The translations under genes and the position numbers were made by a program. Positions 63,752-64,000 of a stretch of DNA of 64,000 bases are shown in pieces; the first letter of the stretch is position 1; the number at the start of each line of letters is the position of its first letter. Below the pieces are notes generated by a model. The model was not told the DNA's origin, searched no databases, and was given only the letters and a program-made list of their open reading frames with translations. The stretch is taken from assembly GCF_009834535.1 (NCBI RefSeq), contig NC_045696.1, positions 96,598,001 through 96,662,000 on the forward strand. The letters run 5' to 3'. Source of the DNA: Camelus ferus (lineage: Eukaryota).

Positions 63752-64000
63752 GTAAGAAAATGTTTTCAATTTTTATATTATTATGTTTTGAATGATGATG
63801 CTTACTTTTTGGATAAACATGTCAGGAAGTAGAGCAAAATCATCCAGAGTATTTATAACCAATTTATTCAAAAAGTTTTGTTTTGTTTTGTTTTTAAATC
63901 TACACTGGTAGACATTTTGGAGGAGACAGAGTCCCTACCCATCTCTGGCTTAATTCCTACCTGGAGAGATGACATGTCTATTGATTAGTATAACATATCA

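Overview
Mammalian genomic DNA, most likely from a camelid: five copies of a tRNA-derived SINE resemble the camelid Vic-1 family. The window holds the complete two-exon SIAH2 E3 ubiquitin ligase gene on the + strand (CDS 3302-3718 joined to 19020-19577, 324 aa, with a CpG-island promoter and a 3'UTR of about 1 kb). About 42 kb of repeat-rich intergenic DNA follows (L1, L2, MIR, MER DNA transposons, solo LTRs and a possible decayed retrocopy). The window ends with the first two coding exons of ERICH6 (FAM194A) on the + strand. There is no prokaryote-like system here, and almost all short ORFs in the ORF track are spurious. The most notable observations are: (1) a TSD-flanked ~350 bp retroposon made of an L1 5' end joined directly to an L1 3' tail, consistent with a spliced or internally deleted L1; (2) an out-of-frame uORF overlapping the SIAH2 start; (3) a proximal polyA signal that would remove miR-146, miR-30 and miR-340 seed sites; (4) an old MaLR LTR that looks like a CpG-island promoter with a splice donor; (5) an apparent ATG-to-TTG start-codon shift in ERICH6. 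Repeat family names and orthologue comparisons come from memory of consensus sequences, not from a search, and repeat boundaries are approximate.
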